Assembly (NCBI RefSeq): GCF_009914755.1
Contig: NC_060928.1
Strand: one strand, 5' to 3'
DNA length: 64,000 bases
Source: the human T2T-CHM13v2.0 reference genome, Homo sapiens
The notes beneath the pieces are model-generated. The model saw only the letters and a program-made list of their open reading frames with translations, did not search any database and was not told where the DNA came from. The position numbers and the translations under genes are program-made. Below are positions 31,901-45,400 of this stretch, piece after piece (the first letter of the stretch is position 1; each line of letters opens with the position of its first letter).

Positions 31901-33370
31901 ATATAATACATACTTTGGGTACTTTGATATTTTATGTATAGTACATAATACATACTTTGGGTATTTTCATATTTTATGTACAGTATATAATATATAGTTT
32001 GGTTACTTTGATATTTTATCTACAGTTTATAATACATACTTTGGATACTTTGAAACTTTATTTACAGTATATAATACGTAATTTGGGTACTTTGATATTT
32101 TATGTACAGTATACAATATATAGTTTGAGTACTTTAATATTTTATGTGCAGTATAAAATATATAGTTTTGATACTTTCATATTTTATGTACAGTATATAG
32201 TTTGAGTACTTTGATATTTTATGTACAGTTTTTTATAAATGTTTGGGTGCTTTCATATTTTATGTACAGTATATAATACATACTAAGGGCACTTTGATAT
32301 TTTATGTACAGTATATAATACATACTTTGGGTACTTTGATATTTTATGTACGTCATATAATATATAGTTTGGGTACTTTGATATTTTATGTACAGTATAT
32401 AATACATACCTTGGGTACTTTGATATTTTATGTACAGTATATAATATATAGTTTGGGTATTTTGATATTTTATGTACAGTATATAATACATACTTTGGGT
32501 ACTTTGATATTTTATGTACAGTATATAATACATACTTTGGGAACTTTGATATTTTATGTACAGTATGTAAAACATACTTTGGGTACTTTGATATTTTATG
32601 TACAGGATATAATGCATACTTTGGGTACTTTGATAGTTTATGTACTGTCTATAATACATACTTTGGTTACTTTGATATTTTATGTATAGTATAAAATATA
32701 TAGTTTGGGTACTTTCATATTTTATGTACAGTATGTAAAAGATACTTTGGGGAGTTTGATATTTTATGTACAGTATGTAAAACATACTTTGGGGAGTTTG
32801 ATATTTTATGAACAGTATATAATACACATTTTGTGTACTTTGATATTTTGTGTACAGTATATAATACATACTTTGGGTACTTTCATATTTTATGTACAGT
32901 ATATATTACATACTTTGGGTACTTTGATATTTTATGTACAGTATACAATATATAGTTTGGGTACTTTGATATTTTATGTACTGTATAAAATATATAGTTT
33001 TGGTACTTTGATATTTTATGTACAGTATATAGTTTGAGTACTTTGATATTTTATGTACAGTTTGTTATAAATATTTTGGTGCTTTCATATTTTATGTACT
33101 GTATATAATACATGCTTTGGGCACTTTGATATTTTATGTACAGTATATAATACATACTTTGTGTACTCTGATATTTTATGTACAGTGTATAATACATACT
33201 TTGGGTACTTTGATATTTTATGTACAGTATATAATACATACATTGGGTACTTTGATATATTATGTACAGTATATAATACTTACTTGGGGTACTTTGATAT
33301 TTTATGTACAGTATATAATACATAGTTTGTGTACTTTGATATTTTATGTACAGTATATAATACATACTTT
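25980..33370. repeat. Internal near-tandem duplication, about 3.2 kb repeated at a 4,178-bp offset (about 25980-29190 vs 30160-33370)
   Basis: ORF-track pairs 26333/30511, 26868/31046, 27443/31621, 28065/32243, 28527/32705 and 28939/33117 all differ by 4,178. Shared rare variants include TATATAGATGGG, GTACGTTCAT, TTGAAACTTT and GTACGTCATA. Confidence 0.9.
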
Positions 33371-34139
33371 GGGTACTTTGATATTTTATGTACAGTATAT
33401 AATACATACTTTGGGTACTTTCATATTTCATGTACAGTTTATAATATATAGTTTGGGTACTTTGGTATATTATGTACTGTATATAATACATTCTTTGGGT
33501 ACTTTGATATTTTATGTACAGTATATAATACATACTTTGGGTACTTTGATATTTTATGTACAGTATAAAATATATACTTTGACTACTTTGATATTTTATG
33601 TCCAGTATAGAATATATATTTTTGGTACTTTGATATTTTATGTACAGTATATACTTTGAGTACATTGATATTTTATGTACACTTTATTATAAATGTTTGG
33701 ATACTTTCATATTTTATGTACAGTATATAATACATACTTTGGGCACTTTGATATTTTATGTACAGTATACAATACATACTTTGGGTACTTTGATATTTTA
33801 TGTACAGTATATAATACATAATTTGGGTACTTTGATATTTTATGTACAGTATATAATGCATACTTTGGGTACTTTGATGTTTTATGTACAGTATATAATA
33901 CATACTTAGGGTACTTTGACATTTTATGTGCAGTACATAATACATACTTTGGATACTTTGTTATTTTAAATACAGTATGTAATACATATTTTGGGTACTT
34001 TGATATTTTATGTACAGTATATAATACATACTTTGGTACTTTTATATTTCATGTACAGTATAAAATATATAGTTTGGGTACTTTGATATTTTATGTACAG
34101 TATATAATACCTACTTTGGGTACTTTGATATTTTATGTA

Positions 34140-35220
34140 CAGTATATAATGCATAATTTGGGTACTTCAATAGTTTATGCACAGTATATAATACATACTT
34201 TGGGTAATTTGATATTTTATGTACAGTATATAATGCATACTTTGGGTACTTTGATAGTTTATGTACAGTATACAATACATACTTTGGGTACTTTGATATT
34301 TTATGTACAGTATATAATATGTAGTTTGGGTACTTTGATATTTTAACTACAGTATATAATACATACTTTGGGTACTTTGATATTTTATCTACAGTATATA
34401 ATAGATACTTTGGGTACTTTGATATATTATGTACAGTATATAATACATAGTTTGGTTACTTTGATATTTTTTGTACAGTATGTAAAACATACTTTGGGGA
34501 GTTTGATATTTTATGAACAGTATATAATACACATTTTGGGTACTTTGATATTTTATGTACGGTATATAATACATACTTTGGGTACTTTGATATTTTATGT
34601 ACAGTATATAATTCATACTTTGGGTACTTTGATATTTTATGTACAGTATATAATACATACTTTGGGTACTTTGATATTTTATGTACAGTATATAATGTAT
34701 AATTTGGGTACTTCAATAGTTTATGCACAGTATATAATACATACTTTGTGTAATTTGATATTTTATGTACAGTATATAATGCATACTTTGGGTACTTTGA
34801 TAGTTTATGTACAGTATACAATACATACTTTGGGTACTTTGATATTTTATGTACAGTATATAATATGTAGTTTGGGTACTTTGATATTTTAACTACAGTA
34901 TATAATACATACTTTGGGTACTTTGATATTTTATCTACAGTATATAATAGATACTTTGGGTACTTTGATATATTATGTACAGTATATAATACATAGTTTG
35001 GTTACTTTGATATTTTTTGTACAGTATGTAAAACATACTTTGGGGAGTTTGCTATTTTATGAACAGTATATAATACACATTTTGGGTACTTTGATATTTT
35101 ATGTACGGTATATAATACATACTTTGGGTACTTTGATATTTTATGTACAGTATATAATTCATACTTTGGGTACTTTGATATTTTATGTACAGTATATAAT
35201 ACATACATTGGGTACTTCGA
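34140..35220. repeat. Tandem duplication of a 546-bp (13-monomer) segment
   Basis: CTTCAATAGTTTATGCAC, TTTTAACTACAG and TTGGGGAGTTTG each occur twice, 546 bp apart (ORF starts 34368/34914). Confidence 0.9.
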
Positions 35221-36140
35221 TATTTTATGTGCAGTACCCTATATATAGTTTGGGTACTTTGATATTTTATGTCCAGTATAAAATAAATAGTTTTGGTACT
35301 TTGATATTTTATGTACAGTATATAGTTTGAGTACTTTGATATTTAATGTTCAGTTTATTATAAATGTTTGGGTGCTTTCATATTTTATATACAGTATATA
35401 ATACATACTTTGGGCACTTTGATATTTTCTGTACAGTATATAATACATACTTTGGGTACTTTGATATTTTATGTACGGTATATAATACATACATTGGGTA
35501 CTTTGATATTTTATGTAAAGTATATAATATATAGTTTGGTTACTTTGATATTTTATATACAGTATATAATATATATTATGTGTACTTTGATATATTATGT
35601 ACAGTATATAATATATAGTATGGGTTGTTTGATATTTTATGTACAGTATATAATATATAGTTTGGGTAGTTTGATATTTTTAGTACAGTATGTAATATAT
35701 AGTTTGTTTTATTTGATATTTTATGTACAGTATACAATATATAGTATTGGTACTTTGATATTTCATGTAAAGTATATAGTTTGAGTACTTTGATATTTTA
35801 TATGCAGTTTATTATAAATGTTTGGGTACCTTCATATTTTATGTACAGTATATAATACATACTTTGGGAACTTTTATTTTATGTGCAGTATATAATACAT
35901 ACTTTGGGTACTTTGATATTTCATGTACAGTATATAATACACACTTTGGGTACTTTGATATTTTATGTACAGTATATAATACACCCTTTGGGTAGTTTGA
36001 TATTTTATGTACAGTATATAATACATACTTTGGGTACTTTGATGTATTATGTACAGTATATAATACATACTTTGGGTACTTTGATATTTTATGTACAGTA
36101 TATAATACATACTTTGGGTACTTTGATATTTTATGTACAG

Positions 36141-36375
36141 TATGTAATACATAATTTGGGTACTTTAATATTTTATGTATAGTATATAATACTTACTTTG
36201 GGTACTTTGATATTTTATGGACAGTGTATAATACATACTTTGGGTTCTTTGATATTTTATGTACAGTATGTAATACATAATTTGGGTACTTTAATATTTT
36301 ATGTATAGTATATAATACTTACTTTGGGTACTTTGATATTTTATGGACAGTGTATAATACATACTTTGGGTTCTC
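36141..36375. repeat. Tandem duplication of a 126-bp (3-monomer) segment
   Basis: TATGTAATACATAATTTGGGTACTTTAAT...CTTACTTTGGG...ATGGACAGTG...GGGTTCT starts at 36141 and again at 36267. Confidence 0.85.
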
Positions 36376-36475
36376 TGATATTTTCTGTACAGTGTATAAT
36401 ACATAATTTGGGTACTTTGATATTTTATGTACAGCATATAATACATACGTTGGGTACTTTGATATATTATGTACA

Positions 36476-39400
36476 GTATATAATACATACTTTGGGTACT
36501 TTGATATTTTATGTACAGTATATAATCCATAGTTTGTGTACTTTTATATTTTATGTACAGTATATAATACATACTTTGGGTACTTTGATATTTTATGTAC
36601 AGTATATAATACATACTTTGGGTACTTTCATGTTTTATGTACAGTATATAATATATAGTTTGGGTACTTTGATATTTTATCTACAGCTTATAATACTTAC
36701 TTTGGGTAATTTGATATTTTATGTGCAGTATATAATACATACTTTGGGTAGTTTGATATTTTATGTACAGTATACAATATATAGTTTGAGTACTTTGATA
36801 TTTTATGTGCAGTATAAAATATATAGTGTTGGTACTTTGATGTTTTATGTACAGTATATATTTTGAGTACTTTGATATTTTGTGTACAGTTTATTATAAA
36901 TGTTTGGGTACTTTCATATTTGATGTACAGTATATAATACATAATTTGGGCACTTTGATATTTTATGTACAGTATATAATACATACTTTGGGTACTTTTA
37001 TATTTTATGTACAGTATATAATACATACTCTGGGCACTTTGATATTTAATGTACAGTATATAATACACACTTTGCGTACTTTGATATTTTATGTAACGTA
37101 TGTAATACATACTTTGGGTAGTTTGATATTTTATGTACAGTATGTAGTACACACTTTGGGTACTTTGATATTTTATGTACAGTATGTAAAACATACTTTG
37201 GGTAGTTTGATATTTTATGATCAGTATATAATACACATTTTGGGTACCTTGATATTTTATGTACAGTATATAATACATACTTTGGGTACTTTGATATTTT
37301 ATGTACAGTATATAATGCATACCTTAGGTACTTTGATAGTTTTTGTACAGTATATAATACATACTTTGGGTACTTTGATATTTTATGTACAGTATATAAT
37401 ACATAGTTTGGGTACTTTGATATTTTATGTACAGTATATAATACATACTTTGGGTACTTTGATATTTTATCTACAGTGTATAATATATACTTTGGGTACT
37501 TTGATATATTATGTACAGTATATAATACATACTTTGGGTACTTTGATATTTTATGTACAGTATATAATACATACTTTGGGTACTTTGATATTTTATGTAC
37601 AGTATATAATACATACTTTCAGTAGTTTGATATTTTATGTACAGTATATAATATATAGTTTGGGTACTTTGATATTTTATGTACAGTATATAATACATAG
37701 TTTGGGTACTTTGATATTTTATGTACAGTATATAATACATACTTTCGGTACTTTGATATTTTATGTACAGTATATAATATATAGTTTGGGTACTTTGATA
37801 ATTTATGTACAGTGTATAACACATACTTTGGGTACTTTGATATTTTATGTACAGTATATAATACATACTTTGGGTACTTTGATATTTTATATACAGTATA
37901 TAATACATACTTTGGGTACTTTCATATTTCATGTACAGTTTATAATATATAGTTTGAGTACTTTGGTATATTATGTACTGTATATAATACATACTTTGGG
38001 TACTTTGATATTTTATGTACAGTATATAATACATACTTTGGGTACTTTGATATTTTATGTACAGTATACAATATATACTTTGACTACTTTGATATTTTAT
38101 GTCCAGTATAGAATATATAGTTTTGGTAGTTTGATATTTTATGTACAGTATATAGTTTGAGTACATTGATATTTTATGTACACTTTATTATAAATGTTTG
38201 GATACTTTCATATTTTATGTACAGTATATAATACATACTTTGGGCACTTTGATATTTTATGTACAGTATACAATACATACTTTGGGTACTTTGATATTTT
38301 ATGTACAGTATATAATACATAATTTGGGTACTTTGATATTTTATGTACAGTATATAATGCATACTTTGGGTACTTTGATGTTTTATGTACAGTATATAAT
38401 ACATACTTAGGGTACTTTGACATTTTATGTGCAGTACATAATACATACTTTGGATACTTTGTTATTTTAAATACAGTATGTAATACATATTTTGGGTACT
38501 TTGATATTTTATGTACAGTATATAATACATACTTTGGTACTTTTATATTTCATGTACAGTATATAATATATAGTTTGGGTACTTTGATATTTTATGTACA
38601 GTATATAATACATAGTTTGGGTATTTTGATATTTTATGTACAGTATATAATACATACTTTGGGTACTTTGATATTTTATGTACAGTATATAATATATAGT
38701 TTGGGTACTTTGATAATTTATGTGCAGTATATAACACATACTTTCGGTAGTTGGATATTTTATGTACAGTATATAATACATACTTTGGGTACATCGATAT
38801 TTGATGTACAGTATACTATATATAGTTTGGGTACTTTGATATTTTATGTCGGGTACAAAACAAATAGTTTTGGTACTTAGATATTTTATGTACAGTATAT
38901 AGTTTGAGTACTTTGATATTTTATGTACAGTTTATTATTAATGGGTGCTTTCATATTTTATGTACAGTATATAATACATACTATGGGCACTTTGATATTT
39001 TATGTACAGTATATAATACATACTTTGGGTACTTTGATATTTTATGTACACTACATAATACATACTTTGGGTACTTTGATATTTTATGTACAGTACATAA
39101 TATATAGTTTGGGTACTTTGATATTTTATGTGCAGTATATAACACATACTTTCGGTACTTGGACATTTTATGTACAGTATATAATACATAATTTGGGTAC
39201 TTCCATATTTTATGTACAGTATGCTATATATAGTTTGGGTACTTTGATATTTTATGTCCAGTATAAAATAAAAAGTTTTGGTAATTCGATATTTTATGTA
39301 CAGTGTATCGTTTGAGTACTTTGATATTTAATGTACAGTTTATTAAAAATGTTCGGGTGCTTTCATATTTTATGTACAGTATATAATACATACTTTGAGC

Positions 39401-42400
39401 ACTTTGATATTTTATGTACAGTATATAATACATACTTTGGGTAATTTGATATTTTATGTACAGTATATAATACATACATTGGGTACTTTGATATTTTATG
39501 TACAGTATATAATATATAGTTAGGGTACTTTGATATTTCATATACAGTATATAATATATATTATGTGTACTTTGATATATTATGTACAGTATATAATATA
39601 TAGTTTGGGTAATTTGATATTTTATGTACAGTATACAATATATAGTATTGGTACTTTGACATTTCATGTAAAGTATATAGTTTGAGTACTTTGATATTTT
39701 ATATACAGTTTATTATAAATGTTTGGGTACCTTCCTATTTTATGTAGAGTATATAATACATACTTTGGGAACTTTTATTTTATGTGCAGTATATAATACA
39801 TACTTTGGGTACTTTGATATTTTATGTACAGTATATAATACATACTATTGGTACTTTGATATTTTATGTACAGTATACAATATATAGTTTGAGTACTTTG
39901 ATATTTTATGTCCAGTATAAAATATATAGATTTCATACTTTGATATTTTATGTACTGAATGTAGTTTGAGTACTTTGATATTTTATGTACACTTTATTAT
40001 AAAAGTTTGGGTACTTTCATATTTTACGTACAGTATATAATACATACTTTGGGCACTTTGATGTTTTATGTACAGTATATAATACATACTTTGGGTTCTT
40101 TGATATTTTATGTACAGCATATAATACATAATTTGGGGACTTTTATATTTTATGTACATTATATTATACATACTTTGGGTACTTTTATATTTTATGTACG
40201 GTATATAATACACACTTTGGGTACTTTGATATATTATGTACAGTATATAATACATGCTTTGGGTACTTTGATATATTATGTACAGTATATAATACATACT
40301 AAGGGTACTTTGACATTTTATGTACAGTACATAATACATACTTTGGGTACTTTGATATTTTATGTACAGTATATAATGCATACTTTGGATACTTTGATAT
40401 TTTATGTACAGTATATAATACATACTTTGGGTACTTTGATATTTTATGTACAGTATATAATGCATAATTTGGGTACTTCAATAGTTTATGCACAGTATAT
40501 AATACATTCTTTGGGTAATTTGATATTTTATGTACAGTATATAATGCATACTTTGGGTACTTTGATAGTTTATGTACAGTATACAATACATACTTTGGGT
40601 ACTTTGATATTTTATGTACAGTATATAATATGTAGTTTGGGTACTTTGATATTTTAACTACAGTATATAATACATACTTTGGGTACTTTGATATTTTATC
40701 TACAGTATATAATAGATAATTTGGGTACTTTGATATATTATGTACAGTATATAATACATAGTTTGGTTACTTTGATATTTTTTGTACAGTATGTAAAACA
40801 TACTTTGGGGAGTTTGATATTTTATGAGCAGTATATAATACACATTTTGGGTACTTTGATATTTTATGTACGGTATATAATACATACTTTGGGTACTTTG
40901 ATATTTTATGTACAGTATATAATTCATACTTTGGGTACTTTGATATTTTATGTGCAGTATATAATACATACATTGGGTACTTCGATATTTTATGTGCAGT
41001 ACCCTATATATAGTTTGGGTACTTTGATATTTTATGTCCAGTATAAAATAAATAGTTTTGGTACTTTGATATTTTATGTACAGTATATAGTTTGAGTACT
41101 TTGATATTTAATGTTCAGTTTATTATAAATGTTTGGGTGCTTTCATATTTTATATACAGTATATAATACATACTTTGGGCACTTTGATATTTTCTGTACA
41201 GTATATAATACATACTTTGTGTACTTTGATATTTTATGTACGGTATATAATACATACATTGGGTACTTTGATATTTTATGTAAAGTATATAATATATAGT
41301 TTGGTTAGTTTGATATTTTATATACAGTATATAATATATATTATGTGTACTTTGATATATTATGTACAGTATATAATATATAGTATGGGTTGTTTGATAT
41401 TTTATGTACAGTATATAATATATAGTTTGGGTAGTTTGATATTTTTAGTACAGTATGTAATATATAGTTTGTTTTATTTGATATTTTATGTACAGTATAC
41501 AATATATAGTATTGGTACTTTGATATTTCATGTAAAGTATATAGTTTGAGTACTTTGATATTTTATATGCAGTTTATTATAAATGTTTGGGTACCTTCAT
41601 ATTTTATGTACAGTATATAATACATACTTTGGGAACTTTTATTTTATGTGCAGTATATAATACATACTTTGGGTACTTTGATATTTCATGTACAGTATAT
41701 AATACACACTTTGGGTACTTTGATATTTTATGTACAGTATATAATACACCCTTTGGGTAGTTTGATATTTTATGTACAGTATATAATACATACTTTGGGT
41801 ACTTTGATGTATTATGTACAGTATATAATACATACTTTGGGTACTTTGATATTTTATGTACAGTATATAATACATACTTTGGGTACTTTGATATTTTATG
41901 TACAGTATGTAATACATAATTTGGGTACTTTAATATTTTATGTATAGTATATAATACTTACTTTGGGTACTTTGATATTTTATGGACAGTGTATAATACA
42001 TACTTTGGGTTCTTTGATATTTTATGTACAGTATATAACATATAGTTTGGGTACTTTGATATTTTATATACAGTATATAATACATACTTTGGGTACTTTG
42101 ATATTTTATGTACAGTATATAATACATACTTTGGGTACTTTGATATTTCATGCACAGTATACAATATATAGTTTGAGTACTTTGATATTTTATGTACTGT
42201 ATAAAATATATAGTTTTCGTACTTTGATATTTTATGTACAGTATATAGTTTGAGTACGTTGATATTTTATGTACAGTTTGTTATAAATGTTTGGGTGCTT
42301 TCATATTTTATGTACAGTATATAATACATACTTTGGGCACTTTGATATCTTATGTACAGTATATAATACATACTTTGGGTTCTCTGATATTTTCTGTACA

Positions 42401-45400
42401 GTGTATAATACATAATTTGGGTACTTTGATATTTTATGTACAGCATATAATACATACGTTGGGTACTTTGATATATTATGTACAGTATATAATACATACT
42501 TTGGGTACTTTGATATTTTATGTACAGTATATAATCCATAGTTTGTGTACTTTTATATTTTATGTACAGTATATAATACATACTTTGGGTACTTTGATAT
42601 TTTATGTACAGTATATAATACATACTTTGGGTACTTTCATGTTTTATGTACAGTATATAATATATAGTTTGGGTACTTTGATATTTTATCTACAGCTTAT
42701 AATACTTACTTTGGGTAATTTGATATTTTATGTACAGTATATAATACATACTTTGGGTAGTTTGATATTTTATGTACAGTATACAATATATAGTTTGAGT
42801 ACTTTGATATTTTTTGTGCAGTATAAAATATATAGTGTTGGTACTTTGATGTTTTATGTACAGTATATATTTTGAGTACTTTGATATTTTGTGTACAGTT
42901 TATTATAAATGTTTGGGTACTTTCATATTTGATGTACAGTATATAATACATAATTTGGGCACTTTGATATTTTATGTACAGTATATAATACATACTTTGG
43001 GTACTTTTATATTTTATGTACAGTATATAATACATACTCTGGGCACTTTGATATTTAATGTACAGTATATAATACACACTTTGCGTACTTTGATATTTTA
43101 TGTAAAGCATGTAATACATACTTTGTGCAGTTTGATATTTTATGTACAGTATGTAATACACACTTTGGGTACTTTCATATTTTATGTACAGTATGTAAAA
43201 CATACTTTGGGTGGTTTGATATATTATGTACAGTATATAATACATACTTTGGGTACTCTGATATTTTATGTACAGTGTATAATACATACTTTGGGTACTT
43301 TGATATTTTATGTACAGTATATAATACATACATTGGGTACTTTGATATATTATGTACAGTATATAATACTTACTTGGGGTACTTTGATATTTTATGTACA
43401 GTATATAATACATACTTTGTGTACTTTGATATTTTATCTACAGTGTATAATATATACTTTGGGTATCTTGATATTTTATGTACAGTATATAATACATACT
43501 TTGAGTACTTTGATATTTTATGTACAGTATATAATACATACTTTGGATACTTTGATATTTTATGTACAGTATATAATACATACTTTGGGTACTTTGATAT
43601 TTTATGTACAGTATATAATACATACTTTCGGTACTTTGATATTTTATGTACAGTATATAATATATAGTTTGGGTACTTTGATATTTTATGTACAGTATAT
43701 AATACATACTTTGGGTACTTTGATATTTTATGTACAGAATATAGTTTGAGTACTTTGATATTTTATGTACACTTTATTATAAATGTTTGGGTACTTTCAT
43801 ATTCTATGTACAGTATATAATACATACTTTGGTCTCTTTGATGTTTTATGTACAGTATATAATACATACTTTGGGTTCTTTGATATTTTATGTGCAGAAT
43901 ATAATGCATAGTTTTAGGTACTTTTATATTTTATGTACAGTATATAATACATACTTTGGGTACTTTGATATTTTATGTACAGTGTATAATACATACTTTG
44001 GGAACTTTGATATTTTATGTACAGTATGTAATACATACTTTGGGTACTTTGATATTTTATGTACAGTATATAATACATATTATTGGCACGTTGATATTTT
44101 ATGTACAGTATACAATATATAGTTTGAGTACTTTGATATTTTATGTCCAGTATAAAATACATAGATTTCATACTTTGATATTTTATGTACAGAATATAGT
44201 TTGAGTACTTTGATATTTTATGTACACTTTATCATAAAAGTTTGGGTACTTTCATATTTTACGTACAGTATATAATACATACTTTGGGCACTTTGATGTT
44301 TTATGTACAGTATATAATACATACTTTGGGTTCTTTGATATGTTATGTACAGCATATAGTACATAATTTGGGGACTTTTATATTTTATGTACATTATATA
44401 ATACATACTTTGGGTACTTTTATATTTTATGTACGGTATATAATACATACTTTGGGAACTTTGATATATTATGTACATTATATAATACATACTTTGGGTA
44501 CTTTGTTATATTATGTACAGTATATAATACATACTTAGGGTACTTTGACATTTTATGTACAGTACATAATACATACTTTGGGTACTTTGATATTTTATGT
44601 ACAGTATATAATATATACTTTGGGTACTTTGATATTTTATGTACAGTATATAATATATGATTTGGGTACTTTTACATTTTATGTACAGTATTTAATATAT
44701 AGTTTGGGTACTTTGATATTTTATGTACGGTATATAATACATACTTTGGGTACTTTGATATTTTATGTACAGTATATAATACATACTTTGGGTACTTTGA
44801 TATTTTATGTACAGTATATAATACATACTTTGGGTACTTTGATATTTAATGTACAGTATATAATACACACTTTGCGTACTTTGATATTTTATGTAAAGTA
44901 TGTAATACATACTTTGGGTACTTTGATATTTTATCTACAGTATGTAATACACGCTTTGGGTACTTTGATATTTTATGTAGAGTATGTAAAACATACTTTG
45001 GGTACTTTGGTATTTTATGGTCAGTATATAATACATATTTTGGGTACTTTGATATTTTATGTACAGTATATAATGCATAATTTGGGTACTTCAATAGTTT
45101 ATGCACAGTATATAATACATACTTTGGGTAATTTGATATTTTATGTACAGTATATAATGCATACTTTGGGTACTTTGATAGTTTATGTACAGTATACAAT
45201 ACATACTTTGGGTACTTTGATATTTTATGTACAGTATATAATATGTAGTTTGGGTACTTTGATATTTTAACTACAGTATATAATACATACTTTGGGTACT
45301 TTGATATTTTATCTACAGTATATAATAGATACTTTGGGTACTTTGATATATTATGTACAGTATATAATACATAGTTTGGTTACTTTGATATTTTTTGTAC

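Larger units (their letters stand above)
1..36475. repeat. Macro-repeat unit, copy 1 (36,475-bp period; phase arbitrary, may extend upstream of the window)
   Basis: Variant monomers recur at +36,475: ORF track 372..1685 = 36847..38160, 6381..7274 = 42856..43749, 13865..14323 = 50340..50798. Base 1 onward matches base 36476 onward, including rare variants (TCCATAG at 51/36526, GTGCAG at 248/36723). Confidence 0.95.
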
